Of a stretch of DNA of 64,000 nt, positions 14,132-26,187 are shown piece after piece. The notes beneath the pieces were generated by a model. It made no database searches. It saw nothing but the letters and a program-made list of their open reading frames with translations, and was not told the DNA's origin. Made by a program: the position numbers and the translations under genes. The first letter of the stretch is position 1. Every line of letters begins with the position of its first letter. This DNA comes from Styela clava (Eukaryota), in contig NC_135253.1 in the NCBI RefSeq assembly GCF_964204865.1, positions 14,384,001 through 14,448,000 of the forward strand, given 5' to 3'.

Positions 14132-17100
14132 TTATGAGTTATTTTTCTCTTTGTCCTGCATTTCACGTAGTGCTGCCAACATCACTAGGCTTCCTCGATT
14201 TTTGATATGTTCAAAAAATAAGCTCGTTTGCCGATTGCGACTTCTTGAAGTAAAATATAAGTGACTTGAAGATATAATCAGATATATAGTAATAATTATG
14301 AAATTAATGACAAGAAACGCCAGCATTTCGGTCTTTCTGTGGAGAGTGCAGACAAGGTGTTCATTTTCATAGTATAAAACATTGCACCTGAAAATATAGT
14401 TTGAAATATATTGATGATGTGAGAGATTACAAATTATATACTAACACACGACAAAAAAATTATTGAAAAACTATAAAACATACACGTATGGATGTATCTA
14501 TGTAGATTTATCTATGTAGCATTAAATTTACAATGTTTTGGTGGAAATTGTACTCATTCCCGTTGCCTATGTTCCGAATGCTCACAATTCTTTATGTTTT
14601 TAATTTCTTGGTTTTTGCGGTTATTGGATTTTAGAACCATGCTCCTCAATGTGTTGTTGAGTGAACCAGATCTTGCTTAGCGCAAACTTAGTACAAAATA
14701 TAAATAAAGCAGTGGAGAAAATCAATATACTTACAGAAAGTTTTCTGATTCCCATATGTCAGATCCCAGAATTTCAAAAACAAAAGCTGTTGCTCTAATT
14801 ATCGCCAATGATATGATAATTGAAAATACGTGTTTCAAGTAATATCTGATAACCAGAAATCGACTGCTGAAATTTTCTTTGTGACACCACTGGTGTAATA
14901 TTGCGTCATCCATTGGATAGACACCTTCTTGGTCTTCAAAGTGTTTTAAGAAAGTCAGTCGAAATATAGAGAGTAGGTATGGATAACATTCCAGGGAAGA
15001 AAAATTCTCGTAACACAGCATTGAAAATAAGTGTCTGTCAAGCATTTTGGATTCATCACGCTGTGTAATTCCTTGTGTCGAATTTATTGATTTCGTTGTT
15101 TCATTTTCGGGATCTTCATGATTAATCTCTTTCTGTTATATATTTTGAAATATTAGATATGTATTCATATCAATTTTGAAACACCATATTAGATTTTGTG
15201 TAGTACAAGAGAGCAATGCTAAAATGAAACTTTTTACTTACAATTCCCCCCAAAATCATATCCAGAATAAAGCTCGAACTGTGGCACAGCTACCGTAACT
15301 TAGCCCACCAGTACTGGGGTACCGGTACCCAGATTGTCCTAGATCAGGGGTGGGCAACCCCTGGCACGCGTGCCAAACTTGGCACGCGAGCTCATTTATT
15401 TGGCACGCGAGGGATTCCTCGAAAGCGAAATCATTAGGCTTCAGATAAAAAGTTTCAAGACTCTGAATTATCTGATGAAACTCGGTGTTCGTTTATTCAT
15501 TATCGTTTGTTAACAATCCGCTATTTATTCAAACTCGTTTTGTCTTTTCATGACATATGGCTGCAAAGAAATACATTATGACGTAACAAATGAGTGAGCT
15601 ATCGTGCAATTTTGCCGAGAAGAGCGCAGCATTCATTTGGCTACATTCTTATGTAATATAGTTCGTCCGTGCCACCCTTTTCGTTCATTTCTGCTCGATT
15701 TATAAAGTTGTAGAGCTCATGTTGGTTAGAGTTACTTGCTAATTTACTGTTATAATTTGATTTCGAAGAAAATATAAGCGATTAGGGAACGGAATACAAG
15801 AGAGAAGTGCAGAAAACAAACTATTGCGCGATTAGTATGCCATTCCCGAAATTTTTCGTGTCTTAAAAACTTTGCAACTGCATTACTCTCCGTGTTTTCA
15901 TCTACATATGCTTGTGAATCTCCGTTCTCAGTTATGATCTTTATTAAGTCTTGTAATAGTAGTAGCCTGAATAGAATAAGAAAAGTAATCAAATCTAGTT
16001 GTGGACTGATATTTTCCCGAATAGCGAATATGTCGGTACATTTTCAAACGGTTTATTATTGTGTGGTTCTGCGATGAAAGTAGCAAAAAATTGTTTTTAA
16101 GTTTGGTCGGCACGCAGTAGCATTTTGTCGTTAAATTCAGCCGATTTTGGCACGCGAGCCAAAAAAGGTTGTCCACCCCTGTCTTAGATGCATGAAAGCA
16201 GGCCCCGTGACAAAGATTGTTCCAGGCTGGATGTGAATCAGAATATTAAATGATTCGAATCACTGCAGTATCAGATCTTCTACAATCTACAGTACCGGTA
16301 GCGTACGCACACTCGCAAAACATTGCGGAACAGTCACGCGGTGTGCAATTTTCATGACGTCATCACACAGAACTTCGGAGTGAAAAACGAATCCAATACA
16401 GCCAAAAGAATATTCTGAAACAAATAAATGTAATAGCCTCCTAGCGACAATAACAATTTTTAAACACTAAAAATTTCAAAGCAATTGGTTGAAGGGGAAG
16501 GTGATTTTAACAACAACATAATAATACTAACTAAACTATGCATGGGTCGACTTCGAGTTTAATAAATGTAAAATATTGTAGAAGTATTCATATAAAATAA
16601 TGTTTCAGCATCTTGAATTCAGCCATTACTCACGTCATTTTCCCGGGTTAAAGTGTGTCCTCTGACCTTCCCCAGTAATTCATTGACTTCATCCCTAATA
16701 CCCGGGGTATCATTGTTAACCAGAACTACTTCGCCGTCTTGATGTCGTGAAGAATGTTCCCAACCGTTAACATGTAGACTACCATCATAGTATTCCCTCC
16801 TATAGATATATAAGAAACTACTTTAGTAAATAGAAGAGGTTTATTGCACACAAAAGGGGGCTGAAATCGTATCGAAAACATTGGTCGTTGCTGCAACAAA
16901 AATTATTTTTTTAACTAATGGGTCATCTGCTCGTATATAGTTTCCTAGAAGGTGATTATACTGTTATGTTTTTAATTTTTTTTAATATTTAGAACTCGGT
17001 TTCAGATCGAATTTAAGTAATTTTAAAAAATGCGTCATCGGATAGATCAGTCCACTGGGCTCAAAAATTCCAAACAAAAACATATCGCGAGACTGCGATA

Positions 17101-20100
17101 GCGTACTTACTTCTTGTGCAATTATTTCAGCGGTTCTGTATTATCTCCTAACTAATTATTGAAAGTTGTTGAAATTGCTCCTAAGGGTGTTACACGGCCC
17201 GTGTACCGATAAAATATTAACTAAATTATTATTAATTTAATAGGCATCACTTTCTATATATAATATAGTAGGGCGGGGAAAGATGGCCCCCCTTATTGAA
17301 AATTATCTATATTTCGAAAACCTTTCTTCGAATATTCCTAAAACTTAGCCAGTACATACATAAAGGGCTAAACTCTTAAGCCACACGCCGGCGTCCGCCG
17401 GTCGCCAACCATCGCAACAGCAGAAACGTTTTTATGCAAAAAAAAATTGAGGGGAAGTTGGACATATGGTCGGATATGACGGACATGTGCTAAAATCGCA
17501 TTAAAATACTGAAAATGCTTTCTGTTTCCTAGCAGAATATCAAACTAAACAATGTATTTGCAATTTTTTTGGCCAATTTGAAAATTTCTCTTATGTCCAT
17601 CTTACCCCATGAATGTTTGAAGTTGTGAGCCCATAGAATCGTCCACGAAAGTATGATAAGACACCCCCTAGGAAAACAGGAAAGAATTTTATTTTGCTTA
17701 CACCCTCACACAAACTCTCAAACATAACACCAAAAAAACTCCTAGGATAGCGTGAAAGCTATCGACATGTACATGCGAAAGAAAATATTTATACAAGAAA
17801 AGCTTCAAGCAGAGCAGTCATCACATTGGAAGGACACAATACGTTTTCCATAAACCCCGGCGCAAATATCGTGAAGCCACTTTTGGCATTTCTGGCACTG
17901 AATCCATCCCTCGTCCTCTTCGTCGTCAAAAAAATTGCCGTTGCAGACAGCGCAGAGGTTGCTCAAACAATTTCTTTCTTGTCTCTCATTCTTACGTTTA
18001 TTTTCTTTTTTCCTCCTAGGAGCTGCAACTTTCTTAGACGAGCTAGATGAAATTATTTCTACAAGCGCTGTAGCCTTCTTCGACGAGCTAGATGGCATTG
18101 TTTCTGCGAGAGCTGACAGTTCGGCTACATATTTCTCACTAGTTAATACTCTAATTCCTGTCTGAATGGCTTTCTTCCTCTGCTTCTTGGCTCTCTGAGT
18201 GGCCACTGGAAGAGGCAAAATATCTTCAAATGATTCATCTGATAAACTGGTGCTATCAGGTTCCCTGCTATTTTCCTGCCTCAAAGAATCACGGACTTTC
18301 TCAGAAGCTAACTGAACTCCTGATGAAGTTCTACTTAAATTCGGTAGAGAGCAGCATGGTTCACCTGTGACACTTTCTACCTCTGTCGTGGTGTTAACCT
18401 CATGAGATGGTACGTCGTAGTCTCTATTCGTTATATTGTCTGACTCACCAGATCTCACTATTGCTGTTGTCTGAGAAGGCGCGAATGCATGCTCTGGAAT
18501 CTGCTCAATATCAAGTGGATACAGGCCGGTAGCACGGAAAGATGTTACTGCGTTGCCGACTGTGGCAATTTTGTAATAAGCCTTGCTGAAGAGTGCAGGG
18601 AAATCAATTCTGGATATCCCTGCTCCGGGGTTGTTTCGGTGATGAACTCGAACTGCTTCTTTGAAATGATCCTTTAGTGGTTTAAAATGTACTTTGTCCA
18701 GAGGTTGTAAATAGTGACTCGTATGAGGCGGCATACTGACTATCTCAACATTGTGGCTTCTAGCATATTCCAATACTTCAAGGCTGTGAGTGTGGGAGTG
18801 ATGCCCATCCACTACAAGAAGTGTTTTATCGCAGTCACTTCTCTTGCTTGTGCAAAAATGTTCCATCCACGCAAGGAATAAATCTTTATTTATGTATCCG
18901 GATTCACTGTACTTCACTATTGAACCAGCAGGTAAGCCACGATCCAGTGCTGGGTTCACTCTCTTTCCTTTATATATAACCATTGGAGGGATATAATCTC
19001 CAATAGCATTCACACCCACAACGATAGTTTGAGACAGCCCACGCTCTCCGGCGGTTATTTGGCTTGATGACTTTGATCCCTTTTCTCCAACAATATTTTT
19101 GACACCAGGAACGAGGCTAAGGCCAGTTTCATCAACGTTATAAATTTTGCTGGGCTGATCGAAAAGACAGAGGTCATTCATGACACTTTCTAACATGTCA
19201 AAATACCTTTGAACGATCGGTTTGTTCAGGTGGATTGCTCTCTGAATAGAAAGTGGCTGAGGTTTTCTTATTGTTATAATATCATTGTGCCGAGCTCTGA
19301 AGCCGGCCCACCAATCTTTACCGGCCATTTCCAGAGACTTTGAAAAGTTGTTTTTGATTCCATTGCGTATAGCAAACTCGTAAGCCAATTGCCTTATGTC
19401 CTTTACTGTTAGTGGAAATCCTCTCCTCTCGAAATCTAGAATATGCTTAACAAGATTTTCTTCTGTATTTCTTGGAAGTATAGAACTAGGACCAAGAATT
19501 TTTGATGCCACCATCTTCTTGACCGAGCTGAACACATGCCTCCGTAGAGTTGTTCTGGGAACGCTATGAGTACGTGCTGCACTCTTCAATCCCTCCCCTT
19601 TTTGGACAGCTTCCACTGCCATTCTCATGACAGATTCTGACCAGGAGCCTCTGTTTGATATTCTTTGGTATTTTCTTGGCATTCTTTTAGATTTCCTTCT
19701 TCCCATGCATTAAAAAATTGCATCTGGAAAAAACATGACAGTACATTGGGGTAAGATGGCCACCTCCCATAATTTGATAAGATTATTGAAATTCTCCCAA
19801 AAGTGTTTTGACAAGTAAAAGCAATTACAAAATAAAAGAGAAGACTTTCAGGTATATTATCACAAAGAAGGGGCTTGAGTGATCAGATTGAATAACAAAA
19901 CCAAAAAACGCAAAAAAATTATTACCCCATAATAACCCCCCTTTTCTACATGATACCTTGCTGAGGGCTGTAGTTAGTTGCTAGCTGGCACCAGTCGCAC
20001 AGTTAGTCCTAAATCATAGTGCATAAGTACAAACTTACCAACAAAGGCGCGATTCCGAGTTCCTTGACTGAAAATGAGCATATAGTGCCTCCAAGAAAAA

Positions 20101-21509
20101 CGTGTTCTTACTAAATGCCCTTTTTTCACCCTTCAAAAATCACAAGCCACGTGGAAAGATACACAACTGACGAACTACGCCAAGCGCTAAACCGAAATGG
20201 CTAGAACGAATTCCCTCCTTAGCAACGAACTCACCAATGGCATTTGTAGAATCAAGCCCCATAAGATGTCGCCAATAGGTCAATTTGAAAAAAAGTGTCC
20301 ATCTAACCCCGTGTGTCTATCTTCCCCCGCCCTACTATACAATATGTCCCCCGTTTTCCTAAAATTATACGATTAGAGGTGTAAACACGTGTGTGTTCCT
20401 GACGCTATAACCCTATAGTCACTTACTTTCCCGGAAATTTTTCTGAAGATCTAGTTCATAAAATTATATATTAATATATTAAAACTCACGAATGGTATAC
20501 TCCTGCAGGAACATCTTTGACTTTCTCATACATTCTTTCAATAAATAGTTTCATAAATTTCAAATGTCCCATCAATCGCCCCCCAACTCTTAAGTGCCAC
20601 CATGCAGAGGGAAGAGAGAGCAAAAACGCCTACAATAAATAAATAAATACTCTAGTGAGGAAGCCATTGCTTTCGTATAAAAACATTTATGAAATATTGT
20701 ACTTTTTAAAAAACGAATCTAGAATTTGTAATTTGGGCTTTAATTGTACGGTCACCGTAATTTGGATACAGTGACACAATGGAATAACTCAAAACCACTC
20801 ATGGCATAACGGTAGCGAGAACGTAAGATATATTTAAAAAACGGTTTTAAGCAGTCTTTGAATTATGCTTATTTATTGTGGCCTAACTGCTAATGGCATT
20901 ACATTTTAGCAGGCAATTGGTGCACATATGAATCATTCAATTGGACGGATGACCAAGCAATAAGTACAATGTTTAGACTACCTGAAAAAGCATTGCATAA
21001 GGCATCCATCTCATCACATTTATTGCTTCATTTGGTTGTTTCAGAAGTTTTCCATCGTTTACATTAAAATCGTTTTCGCACAAGTTGTGGATGTTATTAT
21101 CATGGACATATTTTATCACTGGTGATTCCCAGCAATAAGTTTCACAATATTTGATGAAATCTGAGGAATATCCAGTTTCGTTTTTCACTGGATGACACGT
21201 GATATTTCCGACTGTAAAATTATATATATATATAAATTAAAAGTCGATAGTATCGAAATATTTCAGATTGGAAACAAAATACAACATTTTAAACGCTCAA
21301 AACAGTTTCATATTTCAAGTAGAACTGTAACTCTATAATTATTACTCACCGATCAGTTCAGTCAATTTGACAGCGATTGCTAGAATAATAACCAGGCGAA
21401 CACCAATAAACTGCAATATGCGATCCGGTCCAAGTTCTATTACTGTCTCACTTTCATGCAGTTGAAACGCTTCATCTAAAGCTGTCAAAATCGTATTTTG
21501 ACCTGACAT
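14132..21509 (-). CDS. Pannexin/innexin-family channel paralog B, ~449 aa, 6 coding exons: 21350-21509, 20982-21211, 20490-20629, 16634-16799, 14735-15132, 14132-14387
   Basis: Exons sum to 1350 nt with an open frame and canonical sites. Motifs IELGPDR, ITCHP...YCETYCWES, MRWMPY, LPSAWWH, GHLKF, DRHLFSMLCYENF, ENFLC...VCTLHRK. Intron 3 contains the pogo transposon. Confidence 0.88.
15345..16181 (+). mobile_element. Internally deleted hAT element (Charlie/SPIN-like) in intron 4 of paralog B
   Basis: TIR CAGGGGTGGGCAACC / GGTTGTCCACCCCTG with 8-bp TSD tcctagat/tcttagat. Retains a remnant of the hAT C-terminal dimerisation motif FSSTYACESPFSVMIFIKS (ORF 15892-16077). Confidence 0.88.
17266..20337 (-). 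mobile_element. Full-length pogo-family (Tc1/mariner superfamily) DNA transposon, ~3.07 kb, in intron 3 of paralog B
   Basis: TIRs TAGTAGGGCGGGGAAAGAT / ATCTTCCCCCGCCCTACTA flanked by TA on both sides. An internal GGGGWARGATGGMC-like motif recurs (~17275, 17451, 17593, 19748, 20295). Contains an intact transposase ORF. Confidence 0.92.
17805..19706 (-). CDS. pogo/CENP-B-like DDE transposase, 633 aa, with N-terminal HTH domains and a C-terminal PHD finger
   Basis: HTH_psq-like (AARTHSVPRTTLRR) and CENP-B-type HTH (AGKDWWAGFRARH) regions. Catalytic motifs YNVDETG, LVVDGHHSH, LQPLD (36 residues between 2nd and 3rd Asp). C4HC3 finger CAVC...CQKC...HDIC...CDDC. Confidence 0.93.
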   Translation of the reverse strand: MGRRKSKRMPRKYQRISNRGSWSESVMRMAVEAVQKGEGLKSAARTHSVPRTTLRRHVFSSVKKMVASKILGPSSILPRNTEENLVKHILDFERRGFPLTVKDIRQLAYEFAIRNGIKNNFSKSLEMAGKDWWAGFRARHNDIITIRKPQPLSIQRAIHLNKPIVQRYFDMLESVMNDLCLFDQPSKIYNVDETGLSLVPGVKNIVGEKGSKSSSQITAGERGLSQTIVVGVNAIGDYIPPMVIYKGKRVNPALDRGLPAGSIVKYSESGYINKDLFLAWMEHFCTSKRSDCDKTLLVVDGHHSHTHSLEVLEYARSHNVEIVSMPPHTSHYLQPLDKVHFKPLKDHFKEAVRVHHRNNPGAGISRIDFPALFSKAYYKIATVGNAVTSFRATGLYPLDIEQIPEHAFAPSQTTAIVRSGESDNITNRDYDVPSHEVNTTTEVESVTGEPCCSLPNLSRTSSGVQLASEKVRDSLRQENSREPDSTSLSDESFEDILPLPVATQRAKKQRKKAIQTGIRVLTSEKYVAELSALAETMPSSSSKKATALVEIISSSSSKKVAAPRRKKENKRKNERQERNCLSNLCAVCNGNFFDDEEDEGWIQCQKCQKWLHDICAGVYGKRIVSFQCDDCSA

Positions 21510-22379
21510 CCTAACACTGCCTTGAAAATTACGTACCAAAGAATGTGCTTACCAGCCTTAATAAAATGTTCTCTCAGTCTGACTTACACAATGGCAGTCA
21601 GGGCTTATCGTTTCCTGCAACGGTCTGTGATTTTGAATGCCTCGATTTACTCATAGTTTCCTAACGGGAATAAGGTAAATATAATACAAAATTTCAACTT
21701 AATTTTTCGTTTTTGTCTATTATTAAGTTGATAGCGCGTAGGGTAAATCAGTAAACGCATATTTGTCCGTATGTTTTTAATTTACTTCCGTGATTTAAGC
21801 AAGGACGTAAAATTGCGATTTAAGTGATTAAAACATGCAAACAAACTTCTAATTGATAGAGTGCACGAAGACCAACAAAGACGATTGTTTAGTTTCAGTA
21901 CATAAGGGCCCGGTTCACTTATATACCCTAAAAAGTAATTGTCGTCAAGCTGCAACTTCGGCCTTGCAATCGGGAATGCAATTGTTTTGAGAAAAAAACT
22001 TTTGACTTGAGAGTTTAGTTTAAGTACTGGCCTCGGGTACACTGTAAATTCAAATATGCTGTTGCTCTATCGGATGTTGGGAACATCGAAACTCCAGTTC
22101 CATTTTTAATCTATGAAATCAAACAAATTGTGTACATTTTCTGTGTATCAAAACTTCATTGATCTAACATTGTGCATTGTGCAAATATTATAGTACCCGT
22201 TCATTAATGGTACTATTTTGTAAAATTTATATGGGGTGCCTTATCAAAAACTGCTCAACGCAAATATTCAATCATAACCTAAAAATATTTAGAACAGTTC
22301 CCACCAAGCATTTGGAATTCCGGAAGACCGAAATGCTCGCGTTTTTCGTCTTTGTTATGAGATAATGATCTATTAGCTG

Positions 22380-22999
22380 TTGTAATATGTTCACCTTTAC
22401 TATCATTGCCTTTACATTGTCAATTGAGTGTCGGTGTCTCACAAAACGGTATTGTTCCATTTCCATTTAATATTGTAAAATTTGTAACATGCGTCGACAC
22501 TTTAAATAAAACTACAGCATAAATGTGAACAAATCGTGGGATTCTGAGGATTCCCAACAGTGAACGTTTTCATACTTTATAAACGATTTTTAACGTTGTG
22601 AGTATTTGTCACAGCCACAGGACAACATGACCATTGCACCCCAAAAACACTGATTTCGACGTCAAGTATCAATATACTCTGGTATATTCGTTTTTTCGCA
22701 TATTTTGTCGGCATATACACAATCGTGGCATGTTTATAAAACTGCACGAGAAATTTCACTTCGAAGGTTTAAATTATGTTGGTGTGTTCCAGTAAACGTT
22801 ATTGGACCTTATGCCTTTAGTTTTGTGAATATTCAGATTTACCGGCCACTTCTGACATTTTCACAACAACAGTCAGCAATTCCAAAAAATAAACTTCCAG
22901 AAAATGTAGAAATTGCTCAGATGGAACCTCCATAACCATTTTCTCTCCGTGCGTTTGTGAAGCTTGTTCCAGTTCTTCGAATATTCCTGTTTGACTCGT
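22380..22999 (-). pseudogene. Degenerate copy of paralog A exons 1-2 plus part of A intron 2
   Basis: The 157-nt exon-1 homolog at 22843-22999 starts with ACG instead of ATG (TSQTGIFEELEQASQTHGEKMVMEVPSEQFLHFL...). The exon-2 homolog at ~22535-22640 (VTNTHNVK) has a lost acceptor AG and a frameshift/stop. Confidence 0.8.
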
Positions 23000-23890
23000 G
23001 TTGTAGCATAGCTATTAATAAATAAAAACGCCTTGGGCAGTGGTTCCCATCCTTTTTCGTTATATTCCTTCCTTCGCCTATTTTAGAACTCTTTATTCCC
23101 TTTCCTTATGCAAAAAAATGCTTTATTTATTTAATTTTCATCGTAATAGTAATTCATATCAATAATAGAAAATCAAAGACTATTAGTGACGCTACTGAAA
23201 ATACAAAATGAAATTTTTAGAGGGGGATTTCGTCTTCATTGGGAAACATGGCTATAAAGTTTTTGAAACAATGATCAAATACTATTGCTTATGCGCGTAT
23301 ACCACTCTTCCCACTATATATATCTGCTAGTCTCTCTGCTCATCATGATTCATGACATGCTCGTTTTCTGAAATAGAAATTCAGAAACGTGGGAAAACTG
23401 TAAATATTGTTCATGAGATATAACTTTTCACGTCACACTTATGTGGCCCGCTAGTCTTGGTGGACAATATTTATGACCCCTGGTCAAAAAACCTTGCCCA
23501 ACCCTGCTCTAGATGACAGTTAAATATTATATTTTTTCGCAGTCATCAATTCTGGTTAAAACTTGCCATTGGTGTTCTGTTATAAGCAACAAATACAAAG
23601 CAATTGATAAGAAGACAGTCATTAAATTGCAAAGCATTTCATTACTTTGAAAATAGATTGGCAACCATGAATATTAAAATCCGCTGTTATGAAATTGCTT
23701 CGTGCATAGTCTACCATGGACAAATTCATCTCTGTTTTCAATAAAATTTTAGATGGAGGCATTGGAATTATTTAAAATTGCAATACCTTTATGCTGTATA
23801 CTTAAGATGAAACTAATTAATTCAATTAATGACGAAAAAGTCCTGTTTCACTACTATTAATCGTGAATGTCTCCGCTATGAGCTCCAAAA

Positions 23891-24282
23891 CATTTTTTAT
23901 CACTGGTGATTCTCAACAATAAGTTTCTCAATACTTGATGAAATCTTTGGAATATCCAGTTTCGTTTTTCACTGGATGACAGCTGATATTTCCGACTGTA
24001 AACATGTATATACAGTATAATATATTTTATTATAATCCAACTAAGAGGCTATAGTATTAAAAGCCTTTAAACATGCTCAAAACGGTCTCAAATTTTAAGT
24101 AGATTTGAACCCTATAATACTCACTCATCATTTCAGTCACGTTGACAGCGATTGTCAGCATAATAACCAGACGAACACCAATGAACTGCGATGCGATCCG
24201 GCCCAAGTTCTATTACTGTCTCCCTTTCATGCAGTTGAAACGTTTCATCGAAAGCTGCCAAAATCGTATTTTGACCTGACAT
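23891..24282 (-). pseudogene. Truncated copy of paralog B exon 1 and the 5' half of exon 2
   Basis: Collinear with 21100-21509. The YCWES Trp codon has become TGA (~23912), exon 1 has indels, and the sequence is truncated at ~23891. Confidence 0.8.
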
Positions 24283-24939
24283 CCTAACATTGCCTTGAAA
24301 ATTACGCACCGAAGAAAGTGTTTGCCAGCCTTAATAAAATGTTCTTTCAATCCGACTTACACAATAGCAGTCAGCGCATATCGTTTTCTGCAACGGTCTA
24401 TGCCTTGTAAATGCATACTTGTCCGTGTGTTTTTAATTTACTTTCATGATTCAAGCAATGATATAAAATTGCAATATAAGCAATTAAAAACATGCGAACA
24501 AACTCTTGATTGATAGAGTGCACAAAGACCAACAGGTCGATTATTCAGTTTCAGTAAACAAGGGCCCGATTTACTCATCACACTTAAAACGTAAACTTCG
24601 GCCTTGCAATCATGTATGCAATTGTTTTAGGAAAGAATTTTGACTTAAGAGTTCAGGTAGAATACTGGCCTTAGGTACACTTTATATTCAGATACGCTGT
24701 TGCTCTATCGGATGTTGTGGGAATATCGAAACTTGTGTATTCTGTATTCTCTGTGTATATCGAAACTTCAAAATGCATTGATCTAACAATGTGCATTGTG
24801 CAAATATTATAATATCAGTTCGTTCATGGTACTATTTTGTGAAATTTATATGGGGTGCCTCATCAAAAACTGCTTAACACGAATATTTCTTCAGTTCTCA
24901 TCAAGCATAGACGGGAATGCTCGCGTTATTCGTCTTTGT

Positions 24940-25540
24940 TATGAGATAATGATCTATGAGCTTTTGTACTAGGCTCACCTTTACTGTCATTGTATTTAAA
25001 TTGACAACTGGCTAGCGGTGTCTCACATACCGATATTCTTCCATTGAACGTTGTATAAATGGTAACATTCGACGACACTTCAATTTGAAATTATATTATA
25101 AATGTGAATACAACAAACCGTGCGTGTCTGAGGATTCCCAGCAGTAAATAATCGTATACTTTATAAAAGATTTTTAACATTGTGGGTATTTTTCACATGA
25201 CAACATCGATTGCACCCAATAAAACATTGATTTCAACGTATTATTTCACTATTGTATACTCGTTTTATTTTGAACCCAATCTGCATCTGGCCTCATGTTC
25301 ACCATACCTCTACGATTACTTTACGCCAACGACACTGATGGGTGCTGCGGTGATTAAAGTATTAATAACATAATTAACAGGTTTTTATCAACGCAAAATT
25401 GACTATATCTGACGAAGTCGATGAGAAACAGACGTTTTCCGCTAGTATATAGTGTATGCTATGCATAACATGTTCAGATAAATTTCCCCTTTGCGTGTTT
25501 TGAAACCTTTCCCAACTTTGCATGAAAACTCTGTTTCCAT
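24940..25540 (-). pseudogene. Second, more decayed copy of paralog A exon 1/exon 2/intron 2 region
   Basis: 25120-25220 matches A exon 2 (YCWES: gattcccagcagtaaa). 24940-25110 matches 22350-22530. 25475-25540 is a weak exon-1 remnant. Confidence 0.6.
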
Positions 25541-26187
25541 TATTTGTTCAATCCTATATTGATCATTAGTGATACAAGCAACTCACACTATGGCTTTTGT
25601 ACCGTTTAATTATTTGGAGTATGTATTACAATAATTGCAAATAAGTGAACAAGATTTGTGAAACTACGCTAAATATTAAATGATATTTCCTCCCCAGGAA
25701 CATGAAAATTCCTCAAAATTTCTCCCCGGTCGGAAAACTATGGTATAACCAAAGGAATAAAAAGTAAATCAACAATAACATATCTTGTACATGAAATTCA
25801 AGTATATATTATATTTATTTGCAGTCATCAATCCTGTATATATAACTTGCTAAAATTATATGAACAAACTATTACCTAGCGAGGGCAAAGCCATGTTATT
25901 TCAACACACAAATATAAACTTGAATATTTACGCAATTAATAACAAGAAATGGGTGTTTAGAGAATATAAATTACTGATATGATAACCATTACATTCCATA
26001 ATCTATCCTGAATGCGAGCAACATTAGAAACGATAGCGACTGAGGAAATGTCGAAATTCAAACAGAACGTTGAGCCGACAAATATCTGATTCTTCAGACC
26101 ATTCATATCCGATTTTAAAGTGTTCAAATATTAATATAAATACACGAGGTTTTAGTTTATAACATTATATCAAATTCTTGTCTTATT

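Noticed and set aside
16330-16560. Similarity to 35060-35290, suggesting a conserved intronic regulatory element in B and D
   Set aside because: The copies lie in non-equivalent introns and in opposite orientation relative to the genes, which fits an old interspersed repeat better.
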